Program-made: the position numbers and the translations under genes
From: a virus
IMG/VR virus record: IMGVR_UViG_3300010883_000003
Coordinates: 32,001 to 96,000 of that record
Direction: 5' to 3' (one strand)
DNA: 64,000 nt
In this document: positions 46,586-55,480 of the stretch, piece by piece
How the letters are laid out: each line of letters begins with the position of its first letter
How positions within the stretch are numbered: the stretch's first letter is position 1
The notes under the pieces: model-generated
Told to the model about the DNA's origin: nothing
Databases searched by the model: none
What the model saw: only the letters and a program-made list of their open reading frames with translations

Positions 46586-49500
46586 ATGAGCAAATCACTT
46601 ATCACCCCACCGAATAAGTTCATTTCCCTACATTCGCATGACGGATTCAGCACTTTTGATGGACTTGGATATCCACAAGAGCATATCGATTATGTCATTG
46701 AGAATGGTATGGACGGCTGGTGTCTCACAAACCACGGTCATATGAACTCGTTTGGTCATGCATTTCTACATGCTGAGAAGATCCAGAAAAGAGGTGGCTT
46801 GTTTAAGTTCGTTCCAGGATGTGAAATGTATGTCCATCCTGATCTTGATGCGTGGAAGCTCGACATGGAGATTAATCAGGCTGCCAAGAAAGGTGATAAA
46901 GAGTCTCTTAGAATTCTTCGTGCCCAACGTGAAGCAATTGCAACTCCCTTAACGGCTATCACCGACGGAGATGATGAGATTGTAGATATCGGAAAGTCTG
47001 AAGTAGGTCTCACGGTGGAGAATGAGGAAGAGACTAAGTCTGGAAAATTTTATGACCCGATTAAGCGCCGCCACCACTTGGTTGTTCTTCCAAAAACGTC
47101 TATTGGTTTACAGCGGCTATTTCATCTTGTCAGTAGAGGGTACAGAGAGGGCTTCTATCGCTTTCCCCGTATTGACTATAAGATGTTAAGGGAAGCAGCT
47201 GAGGGTGGCCATCTGATGGTATCAACAGCTTGTATCGGTGGCCCAATAGCATACGAGGTGTTTAAGCACGCTCAACAAGTGGAATTTGATGAGCTAAAGC
47301 ATAATCTAATGGATGATGAGTCGTTTCGGTCTAAGGTTATGACTGGTGTAGGTAATGCATATCAAGGTCTCGTAGATGCTGTTGGGATTGATGATGTACA
47401 TCTAGAGATACAATTTAATAAGCTTCCCGCTCAGCACCTTGTGAACCGTGCAATTATTGAATTTGCAAATAGCAACGGTTTAAATGACAAGATAGTTGTA
47501 ACTACCGACTCACATTATGCTCGCCCAGAGCATTGGCGTGAGCGTGAGCTATACAAGAAGTTAGGCTGGTTGAACTATAAAGAATTTGACCCCTCCAAGC
47601 TGCCACAATCAAGAGAGGATCTTAAGTGCGAGCTGTATCCGAAGAATGCTCACCAGCTTTGGGATACATATCTTGAGACCACTGAGGATATGTCATTCTA
47701 TAATGACGAGGTTGTGAAAGCAGCCATGGAATTGCCACATCAGATTGTCCATGAAAAGATTTCTGCGATTGTTCCTGACCGTACGATGAAACTACCTTCG
47801 TACGTTGTTCCTGAGGGAATGACGGATGATAAGGCCTTGCTTGAAGCATGTAAGAAAGGACTAGTTTATCGTGGTCTTGCCGATGACCCGAAGTACGTCG
47901 AAAGAATAAAGCATGAGCTCAAGATCATCAAGGATAAGAAGTTCTCCAGATACTTCCTAACAATGGAGGCAATCATTAAAATCGCCAAGAAAGCTATGCT
48001 TGTCGGTCCAGGCCGTGGGTCTGCCGCTGGTAGTCTCGTTGCGTATGTCCTCAGGCTTACCGATGTTGACCCGTTCGAGTATGACCTCATGTTCGGTCGC
48101 TTTCTAAATCCGTCTCGAGAAGGTGCTCCGGATATCGACACCGATGTAGGTGATCGAGACATGCTTATTAATATGATGAAAGACAAGTGGGGCGATGAGA
48201 ACATCATTCCAATCTCTAACTACAATACATTCAAACTCAAGTCACTTGTTAAAGATATTTCTCGCTTCTACGGCATCCCATATACCGAAGTGAATAAGGC
48301 ATTAGCGTCTGTCGAGGATGACGTAAAGCGCGCGGTCTTTAAGCAGGGGACAGATAAGAACTTGTTCGTACTGTTATACGAGGATGCTATGTCACACTCA
48401 AAGGTGTTTAGAGAATTTATCGAGTCTCATCCAGAAGTAGCCGCCCCGATTCAGGTTCTGTTTAAGCAGAATAAGGCTCTTGGTCGTCACGCTGGAGGTG
48501 TAGTTGTCGCGGAAGATATAGCTGAAAGGATGCCGCTGATCAAGGCTCGAGGCGAGTTACAAACACCTTGGGCGGAGGGTATGAACTATAAGCATCTTGA
48601 GACATTCGGATGGATTAAGTTTGACCTCCTCGGCTTGGAAACACTAAGGGTGATCCAGCGTACTATTGAGTTAATCCTACAAAGAAAAGAAGGTATTGAA
48701 AATCCATCGTTTGAGCAAGTCTATGACTGGTTTAATAACAACATGGATCCAAAAGTACTTGATATGGATGATCAGCATGTATACGAGCACGTCTACGCTA
48801 AGGGTCGCTGGGCTGGAATCTTTCAGCTTGCTGGTCGAGGTGCACAAAACTTATTCAAGAGAGCCAAGCCAAAGAGCATCATCGATATTGCAACGCTAAC
48901 GTCAATTTATCGTCCGGGCCCACTTACTGCGAAGGTTGATAAGCTCTACATCGATGCGAAGAATAACCCTGATGACATTGATTATGGTCACCCGTTAATT
49001 AAAGAGGTGCTAGAAGAAACATACGGCTTGATTGTATTCCAAGAGCAGATCATGAAGCTATGCTCTGTGGTGGCTGGCTTCCCTGAGGAGGAAACAGATA
49101 CGGTTAGACGTAGTATTATGAAGCGTAAAGCTTCCGAAGCAGCAGAGTCGCTAGCTAAGGCTAGGGCAATCAAAGAGAAGTTCGTAGCTGGCTCTGTAAA
49201 GAACGGTGTTGACGCTCAGTTAGCCGATGACCTATATGAAAAGATTCTATTCTTTGCAGGGTATGGGTTTAATAAGTCTCATGCCGTGTGTTACGCGATT
49301 GATTCATATTACTGCGCTTGGTTGTTAACTTACTTCGAGGAAGAGTGGTTATGCGCATATCTTGAAGCAATGTCAGGTAACGATAAGAAGCGAGCTAAGG
49401 CTTTCGCTGAAGTAAAGGCTCTTGATTATAGGGTTGTACCACTTGATATTAATTATGCCACGAAGAACTGGACTATTCTTGAAGGTAAGAAGTTCATGCC

Positions 49501-50200
49501 GTCGCTCTTATCATGTAAGGGTATCGGTGAGTCAGCGGTCGATGAGCTTGTTGCGAATAGACCGTATGAAAGTGTTAATGACTTGTTGTGGACAGACGAA
49601 GGTAAGTGGAGGCATTCAAAATTCAATAAGCGCGCTATGGAAGCATTAATCAACATCAGGGCGTTTGAGTCAATGGATTTAGTTGGTAAAGATAAGACTT
49701 TCGAGAGCTACAAGCACATGCATGAAGTTATTATTAATAAGCAAAATGATATTAAGAAGTGGACCAAGAGAGATCCGCAACGTGGAAAGAACAACTACAA
49801 TGAGCTGCTGTTAGAGTCGCAAGGTATCGGACCATGGTCTCGCCGCGAGATGGTTGAAAATAGCGTAAAGCATTTTGGATCGTTTAACGCATCGACTCTT
49901 GTAAGCGAAGAAATACAAGAAAGACTAGCAGCAAAAGATGTACGTTGTATTGATGAAATTGACGGACATGATGTATACTGGTTCTTGGTATCTGATGTCA
50001 AGGCAAAGCTTACGAAAAACAAAAAGCCATATCTTCTGGTTACAGCAACAGGACTGGGAGGTAAAAACTTTAGAATGTTTTGTTGGGGATGGGATGGACA
50101 AACTGAACTTCCGCTATACAGCTTATGCTTGGCAGAGATTAAGAAAACAGACTTTGGATTCCAAACTTCTATGAGTAAAGTCAAGCTTCTTCGTATATGA
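46586..50200 (+). CDS. dnaE: DNA polymerase III alpha subunit (family C)
   Basis: PHP domain LHSHDGFSTFDG, TNHG, GCE, TDSHY; GPGRGSAAGSL, RFLNPSR..PDIDTD, HAGG, KFDLLGL, GIFQL, YRPGPL, FQEQIM, YGFNKSHA; C-terminal OB fold. Confidence 0.96.
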   Translation: MSKSLITPPNKFISLHSHDGFSTFDGLGYPQEHIDYVIENGMDGWCLTNHGHMNSFGHAFLHAEKIQKRGGLFKFVPGCEMYVHPDLDAWKLDMEINQAAKKGDKESLRILRAQREAIATPLTAITDGDDEIVDIGKSEVGLTVENEEETKSGKFYDPIKRRHHLVVLPKTSIGLQRLFHLVSRGYREGFYRFPRIDYKMLREAAEGGHLMVSTACIGGPIAYEVFKHAQQVEFDELKHNLMDDESFRSKVMTGVGNAYQGLVDAVGIDDVHLEIQFNKLPAQHLVNRAIIEFANSNGLNDKIVVTTDSHYARPEHWRERELYKKLGWLNYKEFDPSKLPQSREDLKCELYPKNAHQLWDTYLETTEDMSFYNDEVVKAAMELPHQIVHEKISAIVPDRTMKLPSYVVPEGMTDDKALLEACKKGLVYRGLADDPKYVERIKHELKIIKDKKFSRYFLTMEAIIKIAKKAMLVGPGRGSAAGSLVAYVLRLTDVDPFEYDLMFGRFLNPSREGAPDIDTDVGDRDMLINMMKDKWGDENIIPISNYNTFKLKSLVKDISRFYGIPYTEVNKALASVEDDVKRAVFKQGTDKNLFVLLYEDAMSHSKVFREFIESHPEVAAPIQVLFKQNKALGRHAGGVVVAEDIAERMPLIKARGELQTPWAEGMNYKHLETFGWIKFDLLGLETLRVIQRTIELILQRKEGIENPSFEQVYDWFNNNMDPKVLDMDDQHVYEHVYAKGRWAGIFQLAGRGAQNLFKRAKPKSIIDIATLTSIYRPGPLTAKVDKLYIDAKNNPDDIDYGHPLIKEVLEETYGLIVFQEQIMKLCSVVAGFPEEETDTVRRSIMKRKASEAAESLAKARAIKEKFVAGSVKNGVDAQLADDLYEKILFFAGYGFNKSHAVCYAIDSYYCAWLLTYFEEEWLCAYLEAMSGNDKKRAKAFAEVKALDYRVVPLDINYATKNWTILEGKKFMPSLLSCKGIGESAVDELVANRPYESVNDLLWTDEGKWRHSKFNKRAMEALINIRAFESMDLVGKDKTFESYKHMHEVIINKQNDIKKWTKRDPQRGKNNYNELLLESQGIGPWSRREMVENSVKHFGSFNASTLVSEEIQERLAAKDVRCIDEIDGHDVYWFLVSDVKAKLTKNKKPYLLVTATGLGGKNFRMFCWGWDGQTELPLYSLCLAEIKKTDFGFQTSMSKVKLLRI

Positions 50201-50253
50201 TTAGCTTGGTACAAAAAGTCTACACTTATTAACAGATGGAGTAAAAAAGTAAC

Positions 50254-51273
50254 ATGCACTTAGGTCGATACAAAAACTTTACAGAATGCTATTTAGGCCT
50301 TCTAGACAAAGTTATGAATGAGCCCCAATACGAGTCCGCACCCAGGGGTCAGAATATCAAGGAGATCTTAGGCGCATCATTTACGATTGATAACCCTCGA
50401 GATCGAATTCCATATGTAGTGGCAAGAAAGTTTGGAATGAGCTATATGGTTGCTGAGCTGGTTTGGTATCTGTCCGGAAACAACAGGACTGACTGGATAT
50501 CTAAGTACTCTGCGTTTTGGAAGAATATTAGTGATGATGGTATCACCGCAAACTCGGCATACGGCGCGCGTCTATTCAAAAGACATTCTTCAATTGCTCA
50601 AGGAAGATTCACACAGCTAGAATATGTGGTTAATGAATTAAAGAGTGATCCAGATTCTCGGCGTGCCATAATGCATCTTAGAGTACCTGACGATTCTATT
50701 GACGCAAAGCTTGATGTCCCATGTACACTGGCGCTACAATACTTCATAAGAGACGGTGAGCTACATCAGGTAGTTAATATGAGAAGCTCTGATTTAGTTT
50801 TCGGAATTGCATATGACGTTCCTGCATTCACAGTATTCCAGGAAATGATCGCGAATGAGTTAAATGTAGGGCTAGGAAGTTACACACATGTTAGCAATTC
50901 CTTACACATTTATGAGACTCATTTTGATATGGTCAATAAAATACTGGAGCCTGATAATATCGACAAGTCGATAAATTTACATCAGACACACGGCCCGATG
51001 CCATCACTTCCTGGATCTATCGATCAAACGGCTACTGACGTAGATAGAGTCTTTGCGTTTGAGGGAGATCTACAGACTGATGAGTCATTTGAAGCTGTAT
51101 TAAATACTTTGCAGCGCTGGTACCATGATTATGGCTCTTCATACTTTTACGATTGGGCAAAGGTCTTAGCTTCCTCAAGACTAAGAAAGCTTGGACTAAA
51201 AGCAGACGCGAATAAAACACTTACAACAACAAAATTCACGGGATACTCGTTTAACGCTAAGAGGAAAAATTGA
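50254..51273 (+). CDS. thymidylate synthase-fold enzyme, predicted dCMP hydroxymethylase (T4 gp42-like)
   Basis: AEL.WYLSG, NSAYG, DSRRA, catalytic PCT, MRSSDLVFGIAYD (Asp at the ThyA Asn177 position), SLHIYE.H. Confidence 0.8.
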   Translation: MHLGRYKNFTECYLGLLDKVMNEPQYESAPRGQNIKEILGASFTIDNPRDRIPYVVARKFGMSYMVAELVWYLSGNNRTDWISKYSAFWKNISDDGITANSAYGARLFKRHSSIAQGRFTQLEYVVNELKSDPDSRRAIMHLRVPDDSIDAKLDVPCTLALQYFIRDGELHQVVNMRSSDLVFGIAYDVPAFTVFQEMIANELNVGLGSYTHVSNSLHIYETHFDMVNKILEPDNIDKSINLHQTHGPMPSLPGSIDQTATDVDRVFAFEGDLQTDESFEAVLNTLQRWYHDYGSSYFYDWAKVLASSRLRKLGLKADANKTLTTTKFTGYSFNAKRKN

Positions 51274-52415
51274 TGCAGCAAGAATATGACTATTTAATCG
51301 TTGGCGCCGGCTTATTTGGCGCTACATTTGCAAGAGAAATGACAGATGCTGGATATAAATGTCTTGTTATAGACAAACGCGAACACATTGGTGGAAATGT
51401 ATATTCAGAAAAGCGTAATGGTATCGATGTTCATGTCTATGGCGCCCACATCTTTCATACGAATAATGACGGGATCTGGAACTACGTAAATCGATTTGCA
51501 ACTTTTAATAACTACATTAATAAACCAAAGGTGAGATTTGGGGACAAGATTTTTTCGTTTCCGATTAACTTAATGACACTTCACCAGCTGTGGGGTGTTA
51601 CTTCGCCCGCAGAAGCAGAGGCAAAGCTTAAGGAAGTCCGTATTCCTTGTGAAAATCCAGACAATCTTGAAGACTGGATTCTGTCACAGGTCGGTAGGGA
51701 AGTTTATGAAACTTTCATTAAGGGTTATACGATGAAGCAATGGCAGCGTGATCCTAAGGAGCTGCCTGCATCTATTATTAAGCGATTACCCATTAGAATG
51801 GTGTTTGAAGAGAACTACTTTTTTGATAAGTACCAAGGTATTCCTGTAGAAGGCTATACAGCGATGGTTGATAACATGCTTGACGGTATTACGGTAAAAA
51901 CGGGAATAGATTACTTTGCTGATAAAGAACACTGGAATGGTCTTGCAAACAAGATTATATTTTCTGGAAAGATTGACGAGTATTTTGACTTTCGCTTTGG
52001 TGAACTCGAGTATAGAACACTACGTTTTGAACACGAAGAACTAGAAGGTGATTTTCAGGGCAACGCTGTTATAAACTATACACATCCTGACACACCGTTT
52101 ACTCGTATTCTGGAGCATAAGCATTTCCAGCCTCAAACAGCCGGTAAGATTAATAACACTATAATCACCAGAGAATATTCTGATGAGTATAAGAGGGGTA
52201 AGACGCCCTATTATCCGATTAATGACGACAAGAATACCAAGATGTACAAAAAGTATGAGCACCTTGCTAAGAATGAAGGTGGCGTAATTTTTGGTGGTCG
52301 ATTATCTGAATACAAGTATTATGATATGCGTCAAGTTATTGGATCTGCGCTCGTAAAAGCTAAAAGAGAGCTTGAAAACCAGGCAGAAATAGGTTATAAT
52401 AGTCTTACTGATTAA
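51273..52415 (+). CDS. glf: UDP-galactopyranose mutase
   Basis: IVGAGLFGA, HIGGN.Y, YGAHIFHT, YQGIP..GYT, L.YR.L.F, TRI.EHKHF, PYYP, GRL.EYKYYDM; TGATG coupling to the upstream gene. Confidence 0.95.
   Translation: MQQEYDYLIVGAGLFGATFAREMTDAGYKCLVIDKREHIGGNVYSEKRNGIDVHVYGAHIFHTNNDGIWNYVNRFATFNNYINKPKVRFGDKIFSFPINLMTLHQLWGVTSPAEAEAKLKEVRIPCENPDNLEDWILSQVGREVYETFIKGYTMKQWQRDPKELPASIIKRLPIRMVFEENYFFDKYQGIPVEGYTAMVDNMLDGITVKTGIDYFADKEHWNGLANKIIFSGKIDEYFDFRFGELEYRTLRFEHEELEGDFQGNAVINYTHPDTPFTRILEHKHFQPQTAGKINNTIITREYSDEYKRGKTPYYPINDDKNTKMYKKYEHLAKNEGGVIFGGRLSEYKYYDMRQVIGSALVKAKRELENQAEIGYNSLTD
52372..52400 (+). promoter_or_regulatory. internal sigma70-type promoter upstream of the glycosyltransferase
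   Basis: TTGAAA 52372-52377, 17 nt, TATAAT 52395-52400, inside the 3' end of glf. Confidence 0.65.
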
Positions 52416-52425
52416 GGAGAGCAAT

Positions 52426-53481
52426 ATGAAAGTACTTTATAGTTTTTGGGGGTTTATTACTCCTCTTGAAAAAAATAGCATTGTCGATACGCCTGATGGA
52501 GAGAGAGGCAATCGAGTTGACTGGGTCAATGAACTTCTTAAGCGCGGACATACACCTATTCAGCTTCAAAAAATGAGGGATGATGAACAGTATCCGGGTG
52601 TTGAGTATGATGCCTCTGGGTACCCGGATGGTGATGTGTTATATGTTGAGTGGCGTTGGCCCACATATAAGAATTCTGGTGAGCATGCTGTAGAACCTGA
52701 TTATAATAGACAATGCGCAGTGCTAGATTATTATCATGACCAAGGCATTCCGATTGTAATTGTAGACGGTGATCTTAAGATGACACCTGAAGAAGAACTT
52801 AGGTGGCCAAACGCTATCTTAGCTGATGCGTGTGTAAACCCTCAGCACCAGACGCGTAAGAGGATTACGATCCCATGGTGCAATTACATGAAGCGTTATT
52901 TTGACCCTGTTGAGTATTCATACAACTACACTTACGTCGGTAATAATTACGAGCGTGAAGACCCTTTCGCGAAATACTACACAGGTCCAAGCGCTGCTTT
53001 ACGCTCCCAAGGCATCCAGACTATGATTTACGGAAACTGGCTTAGCAAATCTCCTGAGAGAATTGATCCAGCCGTCTTGCTAGCTCAAACACCTAGCGTA
53101 GCTTTTGGCCCTCGGCTAGCGTACAAAGACATTTTCAAGGCTCTAAATGAGTCGATCGCTGTTACTCATATTACAAAACCTTCGTATACTCCTTACGGAA
53201 ATATTACAGGCAGATTTTTTGAAGCAATCAAGAGTAACGTCCCGGCGCTGGTACCAGTAGAGTTTCAACACGCTGTTCCAGTGGGACTAGCAGATAAGTC
53301 ACTGCTGGTAGAGAGTACCGAAGATGTTGTTAGAAAAGTTAAATGGTTAACTACACTGGACGCGTCATCACGTAAAGCTTTAGTCGATGCCCAGGAAGAG
53401 GCTCTGAGGACAGTGATTAATCCTTCACCTGAATATAGGACCGATCTGCTAGAACACATTCTAGGGGACTACAGAGCATGA
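52426..53481 (+). CDS. GT-B glycosyltransferase resembling T4 DNA beta-glucosyltransferase
   Basis: 351 aa; YVGNNYERE, GIQTMIYGN, NITGRFFEAIKSNVPALVPVEF and LVESTEDVVRKVKWL align by eye with T4 BGT segments recalled from memory. Confidence 0.7.
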   Translation: MKVLYSFWGFITPLEKNSIVDTPDGERGNRVDWVNELLKRGHTPIQLQKMRDDEQYPGVEYDASGYPDGDVLYVEWRWPTYKNSGEHAVEPDYNRQCAVLDYYHDQGIPIVIVDGDLKMTPEEELRWPNAILADACVNPQHQTRKRITIPWCNYMKRYFDPVEYSYNYTYVGNNYEREDPFAKYYTGPSAALRSQGIQTMIYGNWLSKSPERIDPAVLLAQTPSVAFGPRLAYKDIFKALNESIAVTHITKPSYTPYGNITGRFFEAIKSNVPALVPVEFQHAVPVGLADKSLLVESTEDVVRKVKWLTTLDASSRKALVDAQEEALRTVINPSPEYRTDLLEHILGDYRA

Positions 53482-53996
53482 AGATTGCGTTCATAGGTCC
53501 TGACATGACAGGTAAGTCTAACATTGCAAAAGAGCTTTCAAACCGATTAGAGCTCCCGGTTTTTAAGAACTCTGGAGAATGGAAAACACAGCTGGATAGC
53601 GCTGACTACTTCTTGAACTTGCTTAAGTTCGGCGGTCCGTTTCTCATGGATTTTATAACCCAAACAAACATCAGTGTTATACTTGATAGATTTTATCCTT
53701 GTGAGCTAGTATACGCCGACGCGTTTAATAGGGAAACAGATATGTCTGCAATAGCATGGATGGATAGAGAATTTACAAAAGCTGGTGGAAAGTTTATCGT
53801 CTGCTTAAGGAAAGACTACAGCGGTTTGGTCGATGATCAGTATCCTGACCAACTGCCAACATCTATGCTGGAGAAACTAGATGAACTATATCGTACATTT
53901 TGTGATACCACAGAATGTGAATATCTTGTTTTGGAAACTGATGACTTTGATTTAGACAGACAGGTTTCAGATATTATTAAGTTTTTAGAAAAATAA
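53478..53996 (+). CDS. P-loop dNMP kinase (thymidylate kinase-like; candidate modified-dCMP kinase)
   Basis: GPDMTGKS Walker A and ILDRFYPCELVY; ATGA overlap with the GT gene. Confidence 0.8.
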   Translation: MKIAFIGPDMTGKSNIAKELSNRLELPVFKNSGEWKTQLDSADYFLNLLKFGGPFLMDFITQTNISVILDRFYPCELVYADAFNRETDMSAIAWMDREFTKAGGKFIVCLRKDYSGLVDDQYPDQLPTSMLEKLDELYRTFCDTTECEYLVLETDDFDLDRQVSDIIKFLEK

Positions 53997-54010
53997 GGAG
54001 AGTATTTATT

Positions 54011-55015
54011 ATGACGTTTCGTAGAGCATTAGTCACTGGGTGTTGCGGGTTTATTGGCGCGCACGTTACCCGCTTGTTGGTAAACGAAGGATGGTATGTA
54101 GAGGGAGTAGATGACTTATCAAATGGAGATCTCGCTGCCATCTCAGATCTTAAGTTCCGCGCAGTCCATGAAGGATTGCTTGGTATGCTTGAGAAAACAG
54201 ACTTAAAGGCCGAAGCTGGCGGGCTTATGGTCGTCACCGGAGATTTTGCTTCTCCAGCTATGTTACAAAGGGTCGAAGAGGGTAGATACGATGTTATTTT
54301 TCATCTAGCGGCAAATCCAAGAGTTGAGTTTTCTGTCAAGCATCCTGCCTTGACAACTCATCATAATATTCAGAAGACTGTCGAACTTATGACTTCTGCA
54401 AGAGATAAGATAGATAGATTTGTCTTTGCATCTTCGTCCGCATGCTATGGGAATGTTGAAGTCTTACCAACTGTTGAGGGAAGTGTTACTGATAATCCTA
54501 CGTCACCGTATGGTCTTCAAAAGCTAGTAATAGAGCAATTCGGTAAGCTATACGATAGTTTATATGATATGGATTTCGTGGCTCTTAGGTTCTTTAATGC
54601 GTATGGACCAGGCCAAGATGGCACAAGCCCGTATTCTACAGCGATCTCCGCGTGGTGCACTCGTCTTAACAATGGTGAGCCTTTGCGTAGCGACGGCGAC
54701 GGCCAACAAACTAGAGACATGGTCTATGTTGAAGATTTAGCAAGTGCTATGTTGTCGGTCGCTAATCATCCAGAGCGTATTGGGTTCGATGTATTCAACG
54801 TTGGAAATGGAGAGTCTTTTAAAAATAAGCAGATATTAAGCTACCTTGTGGATAAATTTCCAAAAGCACAGATTGACTATGCTCCCGAGAGACCAGGCGA
54901 TGTAAAGCATACTCTGGCCTCAATCTCTAAAATTCATGACGCCATCGGCTGGAGTCCAGAAGTACAGTTTTGGGATGGCCTAAATAGAACGCTAGCTTGG
55001 TGGAAGCTTCTATGA
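54011..55015 (+). CDS. NAD-dependent nucleotide-sugar epimerase (GalE/WbpP-like)
   Basis: VTGCCGFIG, DDLSNG, HLAA, FASSSACYG, SPYGLQK (YxxxK), LRFFNAYGP, QTRD.VYV.D, RPGDV. Confidence 0.9.
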   Translation: MTFRRALVTGCCGFIGAHVTRLLVNEGWYVEGVDDLSNGDLAAISDLKFRAVHEGLLGMLEKTDLKAEAGGLMVVTGDFASPAMLQRVEEGRYDVIFHLAANPRVEFSVKHPALTTHHNIQKTVELMTSARDKIDRFVFASSSACYGNVEVLPTVEGSVTDNPTSPYGLQKLVIEQFGKLYDSLYDMDFVALRFFNAYGPGQDGTSPYSTAISAWCTRLNNGEPLRSDGDGQQTRDMVYVEDLASAMLSVANHPERIGFDVFNVGNGESFKNKQILSYLVDKFPKAQIDYAPERPGDVKHTLASISKIHDAIGWSPEVQFWDGLNRTLAWWKLL

Positions 55016-55446
55016 ACAGATGCAGCTGGCCAGGTACTTCTTCTAAAGAAGAAAAGCCTTGGGGACATGAAATATCATGGACCGGTTTATTTCACGGGAA
55101 AGAAATTTTTATTAAATCTGGGTTTAGGACAAGTCTAAAGTTTAACGTACAAAAAAATGAATTACTATACGTCCAGTCAGGAAGAGTTATCGCCGAATAT
55201 GCAGATGAAGGTCACTTTAAAGACTCAAATAAATGTCCAGCTAGTGCAAGAGAACTGCTTCCGGGGGATATACTAAATGTCCAAGCCGGCTGTCCCTATC
55301 GTCTATCTGCGCTGGATAACAGTATTGTTTTCGAAATATCTGACCGCGGAGCTTTCCGCAGAGTTATAATTGAAGATGATTACGGTAGAGAATCTAAGGA
55401 CTCGAGCCAAGAGAAACTAATATTTAAGCCTCTAATAGGGCAATGA
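55012..55446 (+). CDS. cupin, mannose-6-phosphate isomerase C-domain-like; metal His residues apparently lost
   Basis: EEKPWGHE, RTSLKF, KNELLYVQSG, PYRLSA, IEDDYGR; ATGA overlap. Confidence 0.7.
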   Translation: MNRCSWPGTSSKEEKPWGHEISWTGLFHGKEIFIKSGFRTSLKFNVQKNELLYVQSGRVIAEYADEGHFKDSNKCPASARELLPGDILNVQAGCPYRLSALDNSIVFEISDRGAFRRVIIEDDYGRESKDSSQEKLIFKPLIGQ

Positions 55447-55480
55447 AAAAAACACAATCAATGTCTATAATGGAGATAGT

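Noticed and set aside
46840-47065. Intein or intron in dnaE (also considered for nrdJ, helicase and recA)
   Set aside because: The insert is short, has no C/S...HN splice motifs or homing endonuclease motif, and the frames are continuous.
50254-51273. Annotation as ordinary thyA
   Set aside because: Asp at the Asn177 position, a separate thyX, and the glycosylation gene context argue against it.
51273-55015. Host LPS/O-antigen cluster or bacterial contamination
   Set aside because: The genes are interleaved and coupled with a TS-fold enzyme and a dNMP kinase, with no flippase or polymerase genes, and the flanks are phage. Virion glycosylation remains a less likely alternative.
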